NCBI GenBank assembly: GCA_965224025.1
Contig: OZ245033.1
Span: 3,328,001 to 3,392,000 of the forward strand
Length of the DNA: 64,000 nt
Direction of reading: 5' to 3'
Source of the DNA: Candidatus Multivorans sp.
GTDB taxonomy: Bacteria > Acidobacteriota > Thermoanaerobaculia > Multivoradales > Multivoraceae
Both the position numbers and the translations under genes were made by a program. The notes under the pieces are model-generated. The model ran no database searches. It had not been told where the DNA came from and saw nothing but the letters and a program-made list of their open reading frames with translations. The number at the start of each line of letters is the position of its first letter. The first letter of the stretch is position 1. Shown piece after piece: positions 19,701 to 29,726 of the stretch.

Positions 19701-20140
19701 TCAGCGGGAATCGCTACGCCGCGGCGGGACGTCGCGCGTTGGCGGTCGTGCTGCGAACAGAGACCTCTGAAGCTCTCCATTCAACGTGTGAACCCACTTG
19801 TTGTAGTTCCGGTGGATCTTCGCTTTGCCCTTGCGTTTCTTGTAGTCGAGGTTGTGGCTGTCTTTGTAGGTGATGGAGTAGGTGGCCTCGTCGAACGTGA
19901 TATCCACGAACGCCATGTGGGAACGCACCGAAGCCGTGCCTCGATGTGGCCCGCCGCGACTGCCTGAACGGCCCAACCCTGCCGACTCAGTACGCCGGAA
20001 ACCAGTCGTTGCTGAATCTGCTCCATGCTGAGGCCGGCAGGAACCGGTGCGTTCTCGATGTCGACGATTGGGGCCGCGGCATGGGCAGCCGAGCCACTGA
20101 AGAGCAGTGCCGCTGCAAGGAGGTATGGGATCAGTTTCAT
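19701..20140 (-). pseudogene. Exported protein, frameshifted near 19930
   Basis: Signal peptide MKLIPYLLAAALLFSGSAAHA and RQGW..GHIEARL in one frame; VRSH.A.VDI...YSITYKDS.NLDY...IHRNYNKWV in another. Confidence 0.75.
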
Positions 20141-20211
20141 GAAGGCTCCTTTGGCCGAGTTCATGGGGTTGGCATTTGGAGGCTAGTGGACCGCTGCGTC
20201 GTGGGTGTTGC

Positions 20212-20682
20212 TTACCCAACTATCTCAGCGATTCGGTCGCGAAGGTAAGAGGGCATTCCAACGATCAGTTCTTCCGAGCCGGCATCAACGGGCACTTGCA
20301 CGGTAAACGCCTCGTTCGCGAGTTCTCCGTCGACCTTGCAAACCTCGTAGTAGATCTTCAGCCGGAATTCCCACTCCACGAGTTGCGCGGACACGGTGAC
20401 CGATTCCCCATACGAGATGCTCCTGCGGAAACGCACCCGGGTGTCGACGATGGGCCAGAGTTGGCCCTTGGCGCCGAGGAAGCGATAGCTGAAGCCAAGC
20501 TTGTCGAGTAGCGCTGAGCGTGCCGTTTCGTAGTACCGAAAGTAGTTCCCGTGCCAGACGACGCCGGTCGGGTCCGCGTCCTGAAAGGGCACATCGAGGG
20601 TAGCCTGCGCCCGCAGTGCCGGATGGTCCGGCCAGCGCTTTCTCCAGAGAGCGCGACGGCCTTGGGTGAGCCTCGAGTTCAT
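20212..20682 (-). CDS. Hot-dog acyl-CoA thioesterase (ApeK/4HBT-like)
   Basis: VPFQDADPTGVVWHGNYFRYYETAR, WPIVD, LVEWEFRLKI.Y, TVQV. Confidence 0.9.
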   Translation of the reverse strand: MNSRLTQGRRALWRKRWPDHPALRAQATLDVPFQDADPTGVVWHGNYFRYYETARSALLDKLGFSYRFLGAKGQLWPIVDTRVRFRRSISYGESVTVSAQLVEWEFRLKIYYEVCKVDGELANEAFTVQVPVDAGSEELIVGMPSYLRDRIAEIVG

Positions 20683-21428
20683 GTCTCGTGGTGTTGACGG
20701 GTACGATGCCCGGGACTCAACAGCCGGACAAGCGCCTGCAGGATCAGGAGGGTGTGCATGCGACAGAACCTGAGATTGTCCGCGAACAGCCGGAAATGAG
20801 AGCGGCCGCCTTGCGGATAGACGACTCGTGTCGGTATGAACTCGAGTTCCAGACCGGCCCAGCAGGCCCTGACGAGCATCTCGACATCGAACTCCATGCG
20901 GACACGCTTTCCGAGAGTCGCAAAGAGAGGCAACACGGAAGCCAGTGGGTAGAGCCGAAGCCCGCACATCGCGTCCTCGACTTGGCCGCCGCCCGCCGCT
21001 AGCCGAGCCAACACGTTGGTGAGCTTCCGGCCGTGTAGACGAACCTTCGGCATGTCGTCTCCGAAGACCGGCCGGCCGGAGAGCACCCGCGATGGGTGGC
21101 GCTGCGACGCCAGCCTGAGCCGGGTTACGTCTGTTGGATCGTGCTGACCGTCGGCATCCACCGAGATGACGTGCGTGGCACCGTGGGCGTGCAGGTACGT
21201 CATGCCTGTGATCATCGCTGCACCCTTGCCACCGTTGCGGTCCCGCTGGAGCAATGACGCCCAAGGGTGACTCGCGATCAACTCGCGTAGCCGCCGCCGG
21301 GTTCTGGAATCGCTGCCGTCGTCGACAATTAGTGCCGGCAGGCCGGCCGTCGCGAGTTGGGGGAGGAACCCGGCGAGTTGGTCGACGTGGCGGTAGTGTG
21401 GAATCAGGAGATGGTAGCGCTCCGACAT
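20679..21428 (-). CDS. Glycosyltransferase family 2 (like the N half of ApeJ)
   Basis: LIP.Y.H, IVDDGS, NGGKGAA, VDADGQH, D.MCGLRLYPL, RMEFDVE.LVR..W, SHFR. Confidence 0.9.
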   Translation of the reverse strand: MSERYHLLIPHYRHVDQLAGFLPQLATAGLPALIVDDGSDSRTRRRLRELIASHPWASLLQRDRNGGKGAAMITGMTYLHAHGATHVISVDADGQHDPTDVTRLRLASQRHPSRVLSGRPVFGDDMPKVRLHGRKLTNVLARLAAGGGQVEDAMCGLRLYPLASVLPLFATLGKRVRMEFDVEMLVRACWAGLELEFIPTRVVYPQGGRSHFRLFADNLRFCRMHTLLILQALVRLLSPGHRTRQHHET

Positions 21429-22021
21429 GCCTCCATGCCCGCGAAGTGGCGCCTCCGGTAGTGGATGCGGAACAGATACTCGCCGCCAAGCAGCAGACCG
21501 ATCAGCAGGTAGCTGATCATTCCGTTGTAGATCGCCCAGACGCCGGTCGATGCCGCAAGGGCCGTGTAGGTCGCGGCGCCGCCATTGAACAGGAAGAAGA
21601 CCACCCAGATCTGCGTAACGCGCCTGGTGTAGGAGGACTTGCGCAGGTCGAACTGCTCCTTGGGATTGGCAATTTGCGCGAGGCGCTCCGCTGCAGAGGG
21701 CGGGTGGATCAGGGTCCACGCGAACCAGGCAGCGCCCGCGGTATTGACGAGGGCAGGGTACAGCTTCACCCATTCCCAGCGAGCGTCCACCCAAGCCACC
21801 GTACAGAACAGGCCCAGCAGAATCAGTAGGAGCGCCCGGTGCTTCCGGTGGATCGAGCGCCCGACCGCGATTCGTGCAGCGCCCAGGATGCCGAGGCCGG
21901 TCACCATCAAGGCAGGCGATACGCGATCCAGCAGCACGTAGACCAGAAAAGGATAGGCAAGGAGCGCCAGCGCGGTGACGGCGTTCACTGCTGTTGTGCG
22001 GAGGGGCGTAGCCAAGCTCAA
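21404..22021 (-). CDS. COG4648/ApeG-like membrane protein
   Basis: AYPFLVY, KLYPALVN, ERLA, YTRRVTQIW..FF.FNG, WAIYNG.ISY.L.G.L..GEY. Confidence 0.88.
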   Translation of the reverse strand: MSLATPLRTTAVNAVTALALLAYPFLVYVLLDRVSPALMVTGLGILGAARIAVGRSIHRKHRALLLILLGLFCTVAWVDARWEWVKLYPALVNTAGAAWFAWTLIHPPSAAERLAQIANPKEQFDLRKSSYTRRVTQIWVVFFLFNGGAATYTALAASTGVWAIYNGMISYLLIGLLLGGEYLFRIHYRRRHFAGMEACRSATIS

Positions 22022-22219
22022 GACCTCACCAATGTGCGGGTTCTCCGAACAGTCCCGCCAGCGCGCGTTCGATGACGACGGAGAACGTCTTACCCATCGT
22101 GGCCGCCGGATTCCCCGTAAGCGAAAGTCGCTCCCGTGGTCGGATCCTGGACTTTGATCGGTAAAGCGCGCACTGGTGGGCGATAGAGGCAGAGCGCACG
22201 GGATGACCGAGTTCGGTGC

Positions 22220-22260
22220 GTTCTCGGGAGCAACGTTGTTACCGGGAACGGCACTAGAAT
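22220..22260. promoter_or_regulatory. Imperfect 30-bp palindrome plus TAGAAT -10-like box in the divergent promoter region
   Basis: GTTCTCGGGAGCAAC|GTTGTTACCGGGAAC (12 of 15 positions complementary), then TAGAAT at 22255-22260. Confidence 0.4.
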
Positions 22261-22359
22261 ACAGGCGGTCATGGCCCCACGTCTAGGAGAGCGGTTCTTT
22301 GGGCCGTGGCAACTCGAAGAGCGCCCCCCAGCCCGCCGCGTCACGTTGGAGGCCGTCTT

Positions 22360-23517
22360 GTGACCGTGTACGTGAAGGCCTACACCCTGACTTCGGCGTT
22401 GGGAGCGGGTGTCGGTGCGCTGAGGACCTCTCTGCGAGCGAACCGAACGGGTCTCGACGACCGGGAGTGGCGAGGCAGCGACGTTCCGTGTTTTCTCGGC
22501 CGGGTCGATCTGCCCGAGTGGGTCGAAGTGGCGGCGGATCGATGGAGCCGCAACACGCGCCTCGTCGAGTTCGGATTGCAGCAGGACGGTTTCGTCGATG
22601 CCGTCGCCGAAGTGCGGGAGCAGGTGGAGCACGCCCGCCTGGGGCTTGTTCTGGGCACGAGCACCTCGGCCATCGACCGAACCGAGGAGGCGTATCGGCA
22701 ACTCGAAGACGACAGCAGGTTCCCCCCCGGGTACCGCCAGCCCGAGGTGCACAATCCTCATGCTCCGACCGCCTTCGCGGTCGAGCGGTTGGGAATCGAG
22801 GGCCCGAGGATCACAGTCAGCGCCGCCTGCGCCTCCAGCGCCAAGGTGTTCGCCACCGCGAAGCGCTGGCTGGAGCAGGATCTTGTCGATGCCGTCGTGG
22901 TTGGAGGTGCCGACAGCCTCTGCCTTAGTGTGATCCACGGGTTTCATTCGCTGCAGCTCGTTTCGCCTGAGCCCTGCCGGCCCTTCTCAGCAGATCGGAT
23001 GGGCATCAGTCTCGGCGAAGCCGCGGGGTTCGTCCTGCTATCCCGGGAAGCGGCGCCGGGAGACCTTCGTCTCCTCGGCGTGGGCGAGAGCTGCGATGCG
23101 TACCACATGTCCAGCAGTCATCCTGAAGGCCTGGGCGCACGGCTCGCGATGGAGCGGGCGCTGGCTGACGCCGGAATCTCCATGAGCGAAGTCGACTACC
23201 TGAATCTCCACGGCACCGGCACCGAGGGCAACGACGAGGTCGAAGGAAAGGTGTGCGCGGCGATGATGGAGGGCGACGTTCTGGCCAGTGCCACGAAGGG
23301 TTGGACGGGGCACGCGCTCGGGGCAAGCGGCATCGTGGAGGCGGTGCTATGCCTCGAGGTACTCGCCACCGGCTTCGTGCCGGGCACCAGGAACACGACG
23401 ACTCCCGATGCGCCGTTCGACTTGCTGCTCGAGAGCGTGATGCGCCCCATCGATGTCGCTCTCACGAACTCCTTCGGGTTTGGCGGTGCCAACTGTTCGG
23501 TGGCGTTCGGCCGGTGA
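22360..23517 (+). CDS. Beta-ketoacyl-ACP synthase (ApeO-like)
   Basis: LGTSTS, SAACASSAKVF, GFHSL, GEAAGF, DAYHMSS, LHGTGT, TKGWTGHALGA, NSFGFGG; GTG start with GGAGG RBS. Confidence 0.92.
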   Translation: MTVYVKAYTLTSALGAGVGALRTSLRANRTGLDDREWRGSDVPCFLGRVDLPEWVEVAADRWSRNTRLVEFGLQQDGFVDAVAEVREQVEHARLGLVLGTSTSAIDRTEEAYRQLEDDSRFPPGYRQPEVHNPHAPTAFAVERLGIEGPRITVSAACASSAKVFATAKRWLEQDLVDAVVVGGADSLCLSVIHGFHSLQLVSPEPCRPFSADRMGISLGEAAGFVLLSREAAPGDLRLLGVGESCDAYHMSSSHPEGLGARLAMERALADAGISMSEVDYLNLHGTGTEGNDEVEGKVCAAMMEGDVLASATKGWTGHALGASGIVEAVLCLEVLATGFVPGTRNTTTPDAPFDLLLESVMRPIDVALTNSFGFGGANCSVAFGR

Positions 23518-24362
23518 CTCGGCCGGCGCTTGGACTGGCGATTACCGGCGTCGGCCTCTGGACGCGGGGGCTGACCAGCTTCGCCGGGTTCAGCGCGGCA
23601 AGAGAATCCGGCTTCGTCGACCTGGACGCCAGCGAGTTCAAGGCGCCAAGACCCGCGTCGCTGCCGGCGCGGGAGCGGCGCAGAGCGGGGTTGATGATCA
23701 GCCTGGGCGTCGAGGTCGCGCACCAGGCCTGCGAGGTTGCCGGCGTCCCGAAGGACGCCGTGCCCTCGGTCTTCGCGTCCGCACTTGGCGACACGGCGGT
23801 CACGGAGTACATGTGCCGACGGCTGGCGCAGCCTACGAAGGTGCTGTCGCCGACCAGGTTCCACAACTCGGTTCACAACGCGGCATCGGGCTACTGGACG
23901 ATCAGCGCCCGCAATCGCTCACCGAGCACGTTCGTCGGCGCCTTCCTGGAGAGCTTCGGGGCCGGATTGCTGGAGGCGGCCAGTCAGTCGGTCGCCACTC
24001 GCGGCCCCGTGCTCTTCGTGGCCTGCGACATCGCGACCAAGCCGCCGCTTACGGCGGTCGCGGACATTCGGCAGACGCTCGGGGCAGCCTTCGTTGTGGA
24101 ACCGGCCGAGGGCGTGGCGCGGGACCGCCCCTGTCTGCGGGCAGAGATCCGGTTCAGGACGGGCGCACCCCGGACGACCCCTTTTCCCGCCGGCCTGGAA
24201 CGGCTCGGACGAGCGAATCCGATGGGATGCGCGCTGACCCTCGCGGATCGGCTTGCGGCCTCGGAAGGTGACCCGTCGCGGCAAGGGTCGCTTTGCTTCG
24301 CAGCCGGTCCACGTTGCGGAGTCGAACTGCTCCTGGAGGGGGGGCGTGGCTGGCATGGCTGA
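23514..24362 (+). CDS. Ketosynthase chain-length factor (ApeC-like)
   Basis: LPARERRR, VFAS..GD, SPTRFHNSVHNAASGYWTI, F.AGLLEA; GTGA overlap with the KS gene. Confidence 0.88.
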   Translation: MTRPALGLAITGVGLWTRGLTSFAGFSAARESGFVDLDASEFKAPRPASLPARERRRAGLMISLGVEVAHQACEVAGVPKDAVPSVFASALGDTAVTEYMCRRLAQPTKVLSPTRFHNSVHNAASGYWTISARNRSPSTFVGAFLESFGAGLLEAASQSVATRGPVLFVACDIATKPPLTAVADIRQTLGAAFVVEPAEGVARDRPCLRAEIRFRTGAPRTTPFPAGLERLGRANPMGCALTLADRLAASEGDPSRQGSLCFAAGPRCGVELLLEGGRGWHG

Positions 24363-25917
24363 TTTCGTGCAACGCCGCGACGTATGTATCGTGGGCGGAG
24401 GGTTCGCGGGCCTGACCCTCGCCCTCCATCTCCGCCGACGACTGCCCGATCTCGACATCGCTGTGGTCGAACGCAGGCGCTTTCCAGTGCCGGAGGCGGC
24501 GCACAAGGTTGGCGAATCCACGGTCGAGATTGCCTCTCACTACCTGGCCAACGGGCTTGGTCTGAAGGAGAATCTGGAGCGGGAGCAGCTTCGCAAGTTC
24601 GGCTTGCGCCTGTTCTGCCGCGGCGAGACCCCCATCGACCGCGACCTGGCCGCCTACGACGAGATTGGGCCCAGCGCGGCGCTCCCGATCCCCACCTATC
24701 AACTTGACCGGGGCCGCTTCGAGAATCACCTGGCCCGGACCTGGAAGGAGGTCGGAGAGCTCAGCGATGGAACAGCCGTACGGTCGATTGAGATCGAACG
24801 CGGGGCGCACCGGGTCGTGCTGCGGGATTCGGCGGAGGGCAAGGAGAAGACGCTTCGCTGCAGGTACCTGATCGACGCCAGCGGTCGCCGCGGTTTCCTG
24901 CGGCGATTGCGCGGTACCGCCCGTTCGGCTCGTCACCTGCAGCACGCCGTCTGGTTCCGGCTCCGAGGGCCGGTCGATGTCGAATCCCTGAGCGCGGACA
25001 GCGACTGGCTGTCCCGGTGTTCCGGGGAACTGCCGCGGCGCGCCAGCACGATCCACTTCACCGGCCCGGGCTACTGGCTCTGGCTGATTCCGCTCGCGTC
25101 CGGCACGACCAGCGTAGGTCTGGTGTCCGATCCCGCGCGAGTCGCCCTCGAGGACGTCCGCAGTCGTGCCGACCTGATCCGCTGGCTGGAGCGCGAACAC
25201 CCGCTGGTGGCGGCGGAACTCGCCGAACGGGGGGCCCTGGACCACTCCTTCCTGAGCAACTACGCGGTCGGCAACTCCGACGTGTTCTCGGAAGATGGTT
25301 GGGCGGCGACCGGCGATGCGAGCCTGTTCGCTGATCCGCTCTATTCTCCCGGCGGCGACTTCATCGCTCTGGCCAACACCTACGCCGTTGAACTGATCGC
25401 GCGCGGATTTCCACCCGAATGGGTGGAGAACTACCAGCGCAACTATCAGGCGTTCTTCGCCAATACGATGCTCCTCTACCGCGGGCAGTACCCGGGCTTC
25501 GGAGATCGGACCCTGATCGTCGCGAAGACCATGTGGGACTACGCGTTCTACTGGTCGATCCCTGCGAAGCTGTTCTTCTCGGGCAGGATCACCGATCTGG
25601 AATTCATGCGGCGCAACGAGAATCTGCTCCAGCGGGCAGCGGCCCTGCACTGCGGCGTGCAGAAGCTGTTTCGCGTCCGCGCGGCGAAGGCCGGCCGTGT
25701 CGGCGGCGAGGGCCGCTTCTTCGACCACCACTCGGTGCCTCTGTTCCACGAGCTGCAGGCCGACCTCCTGGAAGGCGACCCGGATGAGGCCGAGACACGG
25801 TTGACGGAAAGCGTCGACCGGCTGCAAGCGGCGGCCACGGGTATCAGCGGCATCCTGGCGGATGACGCGGACAGCCTGACGCGACGGTCGCTCGGTCAGA
25901 TTCCGGGCTTCGGATAG
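24355..25917 (+). CDS. Flavin-dependent halogenase
   Basis: GGGFAG FAD motif, HKVGESTVE, QLDRGRFE, DASGR, WLWLIP (WxWxIP), GDA..F.DPLYSPG. Confidence 0.85.
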   Translation: MADFVQRRDVCIVGGGFAGLTLALHLRRRLPDLDIAVVERRRFPVPEAAHKVGESTVEIASHYLANGLGLKENLEREQLRKFGLRLFCRGETPIDRDLAAYDEIGPSAALPIPTYQLDRGRFENHLARTWKEVGELSDGTAVRSIEIERGAHRVVLRDSAEGKEKTLRCRYLIDASGRRGFLRRLRGTARSARHLQHAVWFRLRGPVDVESLSADSDWLSRCSGELPRRASTIHFTGPGYWLWLIPLASGTTSVGLVSDPARVALEDVRSRADLIRWLEREHPLVAAELAERGALDHSFLSNYAVGNSDVFSEDGWAATGDASLFADPLYSPGGDFIALANTYAVELIARGFPPEWVENYQRNYQAFFANTMLLYRGQYPGFGDRTLIVAKTMWDYAFYWSIPAKLFFSGRITDLEFMRRNENLLQRAAALHCGVQKLFRVRAAKAGRVGGEGRFFDHHSVPLFHELQADLLEGDPDEAETRLTESVDRLQAAATGISGILADDADSLTRRSLGQIPGFG

Positions 25918-28127
25918 CGGCCGAAGCGCGTCAGCAGGTACGCTGCGGCCACTCCGGTCGCGACCGTCTGGCCGATTCCGGCGAGAACCGGAATGCTGGA
26001 GAAGGCCAGGAGCGCGAACACGACGAAGCTCGAAAGCGCGCAGATCAGCACGGCGGCTTCGGTATCGCCGGCGTCCGCAGCGTCAGCCGGCGTTCGGCTG
26101 TGAAACAGGCCGTAGTCCAGACCGAGCCCCGCCACCAGCGCCAGCGCCATCAGGTCGAAGGGCGAGAGACCACCCCGCAGCCATGTCCCGAGACATGCCG
26201 CGGCCGCAAGTGCGGCGGCGACGTTCCCGAGCAGCCAGACCGAACGGCGGAAGTCTCGGGTCAGCAGCCAGAGCGCTACGCCGGCGGCCAAGAGCGCGGC
26301 CGCGAGAAGGACCGTGATCCTGCGCCGGAGGTCCGACACCAGCGTGCTGGAAGCCTCGACGAGGTCGACGAGGTGAACTCCGCTCAGGCCGTCGAGCCGC
26401 TCAGCCACTGCGCCGGGGTCAGTGATGCCGCTCAGGTACGTGAGACTGGTCCAATCCGCGGTCGGCTCCAAGAGGTGAAGGTCTGTCAGCGAGGCGAGTT
26501 CCGGGTTGTCCAGCAGATCGTCGACCGCGAGCCAGTCCGCACTTCGTTCGATGGCTACGGCATCGTCGTGGAAGGGCTGAAAAGCGTCTCCGGTGAAGGA
26601 CAGGTCAGCCGCGGCGCGCGCGAAGGCGCCACCGTAGACGCCGCCGTCGGCAAGGAACCGACGCACATCGTCCAGCCGCTCGCGCTGGCGCGATCGGCTG
26701 GGGAGCAGCGGCGAGATGCTCCGGTGGGCTTCGAGTTCGCCGGCCAGTACCGCATCGTCCAGACGCGCGGCGACGGCTTCCGTGAGCCGAAGGGCGTCCT
26801 CGAGATCCGCGGCGCGGCTCGCCGCCACGTGGCGCATGTCGTTCGCCCCCACTTGCCGCCGAACTGCCGCGTCAGCCGCTAGCGTTTCCCTGGGCACGGG
26901 CGTCAGCGCGTCGAGGTCGTCCAGGAAGGGGCCGCGTGCGGTCAGCGGGAACGCTGCGGCCGCGGCCACGACGACCCAGGGCCAGTGGCGCAGTGCCGAG
27001 TTGCCGGCGGGCGCCGGCTTCGCCGCCGTCGCCGGTGGCGCCGCGGTCGCGGTGCCGGCTGTCAACCAGGCGGTTGCCAGCGCGGCTGCGACGATGCCCG
27101 AAAGAGCGAACACGCCAAGCTGCTGGAGACCCGGGGCGCCGCCCACGAGGAACACGGAATAGGCGATCAACGTGCTGCCCACCCCGAGGCGAAGGGTTGC
27201 CCAGACGGCGCCCGGGTTCGACCGGTGGCTGAGCGCATGCAGGGGATAGTCCACCGCGACGCCCAGCAGAGTAAAGCCGAAGGCGAGCGCGATGCCGTGA
27301 ACCTCTTCGTAGAGGAGCGACGCGACCCCGAGCCCCGCTGCTGCGCCCGCGAGCATGGGCGCTCCGGCGGCGACGACAGCGGCGGGCGCCCGGAAGTGCC
27401 GGAACAGAAGAAGGGCCAGCGCAACTACGGCCAGCGCACTGAACAGCTTCGCCTCCCGTTGCGTTCTGGCCTGCAGATCGACGCTGTAGACGCCGCTGCC
27501 GTAGAGCCGGGCGTAGTCGAAACCGTGTCCGCCCAAGGTCCGCCTCACATCCGCGAGCAACTCGGCGTGCGCGCCGATGTCGAACATGGCGGCTGCCGGG
27601 AGAATCAAGAGGTACCGGCTGGCGCCGTCTCCGAACAGGTGCTGTGCGGAGGCCATCCGTTCGAGCGCGGAGACGCTCGCCAGCAACGGGTCGGCGGCGA
27701 TGAGTTCCAACGCCGCGTCCGAGTCGGCCAGCGTGGAGTCCGCGAGCCGGGTTTCCAGGACCTCGCGCCAACCGTCTTCTCCCGCGGGGAGGTCGTGGAG
27801 CAGAAGGCGTTTGCGCCAGATCGGGAGGGGGATCGAATCCGGTTCGAGTACTTCCGCCTCTGGAAGAACGCGGCGTACCCGCGGCAGCGCCCGCAGGTTG
27901 GCCGCGACGGCTTCGGCCGCCGCCTCTGACGCCTCCGGCAGAACCACGTAGACCGCGTCGGCACCGGAGACTCGCCCCAGGCGTTCCACGAGCAAGCGCT
28001 GGGCGGGAGTGGTGGGCCTGGGCAGGAAGGAGGCGAGGTCGTAAGCGATCGAAAGGTCAAGCGTAGCCGCGCCGGCGACGATCGCGGCGAGGATCAGGAG
28101 GACGGCCGTGCGTCGGGCGAGAGTCAA
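25896..28127 (-). CDS. MMPL/RND-like membrane exporter (ApeN-like)
   Basis: Two TM bundles with FGFTLLGVAVDY.LH and GLGLDYGLF; SSIPVL..IG.TV. Confidence 0.88.
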   Translation of the reverse strand: MTLARRTAVLLILAAIVAGAATLDLSIAYDLASFLPRPTTPAQRLLVERLGRVSGADAVYVVLPEASEAAAEAVAANLRALPRVRRVLPEAEVLEPDSIPLPIWRKRLLLHDLPAGEDGWREVLETRLADSTLADSDAALELIAADPLLASVSALERMASAQHLFGDGASRYLLILPAAAMFDIGAHAELLADVRRTLGGHGFDYARLYGSGVYSVDLQARTQREAKLFSALAVVALALLLFRHFRAPAAVVAAGAPMLAGAAAGLGVASLLYEEVHGIALAFGFTLLGVAVDYPLHALSHRSNPGAVWATLRLGVGSTLIAYSVFLVGGAPGLQQLGVFALSGIVAAALATAWLTAGTATAAPPATAAKPAPAGNSALRHWPWVVVAAAAAFPLTARGPFLDDLDALTPVPRETLAADAAVRRQVGANDMRHVAASRAADLEDALRLTEAVAARLDDAVLAGELEAHRSISPLLPSRSRQRERLDDVRRFLADGGVYGGAFARAAADLSFTGDAFQPFHDDAVAIERSADWLAVDDLLDNPELASLTDLHLLEPTADWTSLTYLSGITDPGAVAERLDGLSGVHLVDLVEASSTLVSDLRRRITVLLAAALLAAGVALWLLTRDFRRSVWLLGNVAAALAAAACLGTWLRGGLSPFDLMALALVAGLGLDYGLFHSRTPADAADAGDTEAAVLICALSSFVVFALLAFSSIPVLAGIGQTVATGVAAAYLLTRFGRYPKPGI

Positions 28128-28129
28128 GA

Positions 28130-28828
28130 TCAGTTGACGCTCTCGTCGCCTCGGGATGGGAAGAGAAGCCGGATCTCCCGCCAGTTCCGGGCCCCGCGGC
28201 TCAGGTGCAGGAAGGCGAGGCGCCGGCCCGCGCCGCGAAGACGCACGGAGACGAGTTCACTGCGCAACCTGGGGTCCCGCGGAACCAGCTCGATCTCCCA
28301 GTCATCGCCTTCGGCGGAGTCGTCGAGCGAGATCGACGTGGAGTCGAACCTCTGCCGGAGTTCCGAGACGTCGCCGGACAGCACGTCGAGGATGATCGCC
28401 AGCACCAGGTGAGCGCCCCGCTCGCGGTTCAGCTTACGGCGCCGCTCGGTGCCCTTGTCGAGCGCAGCGTCCCGCTCCTTCGGACCGGTTCGTCGCCGGT
28501 GCGGCCGCCGCAGGACCAGCCGGTCGCCCTCGATCCTGCGTTCCTCGAGGCGCGGGGCATGCACGCGCATGACCGCGACGCCGTCGCTCGTCAACCAGAG
28601 TTCGCCGCGCTGTTCAACGGGCGCGCGCAGCAGTCGATTCAAGTGTCGCTCAACGAAGGCGACGCGTTGCTCCCGCGGGAACGTCAGGCCCGCGAGCCGC
28701 TCCCAGGCAGCGTCGTCGGCGGCGACTGGGGCTGCGGCCAGGAGGGCAAGAACGGCGGCGACCACCTGCCCGAAGCGGGCCGCGTCAGCCCGCCCTGCCG
28801 CTGCCGGGCCGTTGCGCCTCGGTTGCAT
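28130..28828 (-). CDS. LolA-like exported carrier protein (ApeM-like)
   Basis: Signal-like AAVLALLAAAPVAA; F.E.....LL..P....G.L, L.GD...L...F and W...L.P patterns; directly upstream of MMPL. Confidence 0.7.
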   Translation of the reverse strand: MQPRRNGPAAAGRADAARFGQVVAAVLALLAAAPVAADDAAWERLAGLTFPREQRVAFVERHLNRLLRAPVEQRGELWLTSDGVAVMRVHAPRLEERRIEGDRLVLRRPHRRRTGPKERDAALDKGTERRRKLNRERGAHLVLAIILDVLSGDVSELRQRFDSTSISLDDSAEGDDWEIELVPRDPRLRSELVSVRLRGAGRRLAFLHLSRGARNWREIRLLFPSRGDESVN

Positions 28829-29726
28829 GCTGCGCCCAGAAGTCGAAGAAATTGAACCAGGAAAGCGGCGCCGCGCGGACGTGGCGCTCCAGTCTCTCCG
28901 CGTATCCCCGGGCCAGCGCGGCGACCGTGCTCGCTCGTTGCGATCGAGGCACTCGGCCGCCGGTCCAAAGAACCTCGCAGTGGACCTCATACCCGGGCGG
29001 GTCCAGACGGCAGAACATGCAGATGATCGGCGCCCTGAAGGCGCAGGCGACGAGGTACGGGCCGAGCGGAAAGGCCGCCGGGGCGCCGAGGAAGGGAAGC
29101 GACAGAGTCCGGTCCCCGGGTCGACAGCGATCCGCCATGAACCCGACCCACTCGTTCTCGCGAAGCGCTTCCGCGATCGAGACGCCCAGCGACGCCGCGC
29201 TCTGCCCCGAGTCGATGATTCGTTCCGCCATCGCCGGATCGATCTCCTCCATGGCCCGGAGGAAACGGGCGTTGACGCCCTTGTCCAGGACGATGCGAAT
29301 CCCGAACTCCCGACGGTCCGCGTCGACGATTCTGGGCGCGTCGAACGAACCGAAGTGCGCGGTCACGAAGATGCCCGCGCTGTTTTCCTCCATAACCTGT
29401 TGGATTCTCCCGTCGCGCACGAACCTGACCTGTCTCGCCTCCGGGCTGCGGCTGAGAGCGAAGAAGCGGTCCGCCGCGACCCGCGCAAAACCGAGGAAGT
29501 GCCGCAGTACGTCGGTCTCGCGTACCGGCCGCTTCAAAGCTCGTCTCAGGAAACCTCGGGAGGCCCTGCGTTCCGGCGCCCGCACCAGGTAGAAGTACAG
29601 GACCGTCGGGTAGAGCAGGAGATGAACGGCCTTACGGCCCAGCCTTCGAGCCACCCATGCTGCGATGCGGATGGCGAGCCGGTTGCCTGCTTCGGAACGC
29701 GACTGCCAGTGGGCCGCATTAGTCAT
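28785..29726 (-). CDS. LpxL/LpxP-like acyltransferase (like the C half of ApeJ)
   Basis: W....E.G, AHFGSFD (HxxxxD), MADR, FLG..A.FP.GP, WFNFFDFW. Confidence 0.9.
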   Translation of the reverse strand: MTNAAHWQSRSEAGNRLAIRIAAWVARRLGRKAVHLLLYPTVLYFYLVRAPERRASRGFLRRALKRPVRETDVLRHFLGFARVAADRFFALSRSPEARQVRFVRDGRIQQVMEENSAGIFVTAHFGSFDAPRIVDADRREFGIRIVLDKGVNARFLRAMEEIDPAMAERIIDSGQSAASLGVSIAEALRENEWVGFMADRCRPGDRTLSLPFLGAPAAFPLGPYLVACAFRAPIICMFCRLDPPGYEVHCEVLWTGGRVPRSQRASTVAALARGYAERLERHVRAAPLSWFNFFDFWAQHATEAQRPGSGRAG

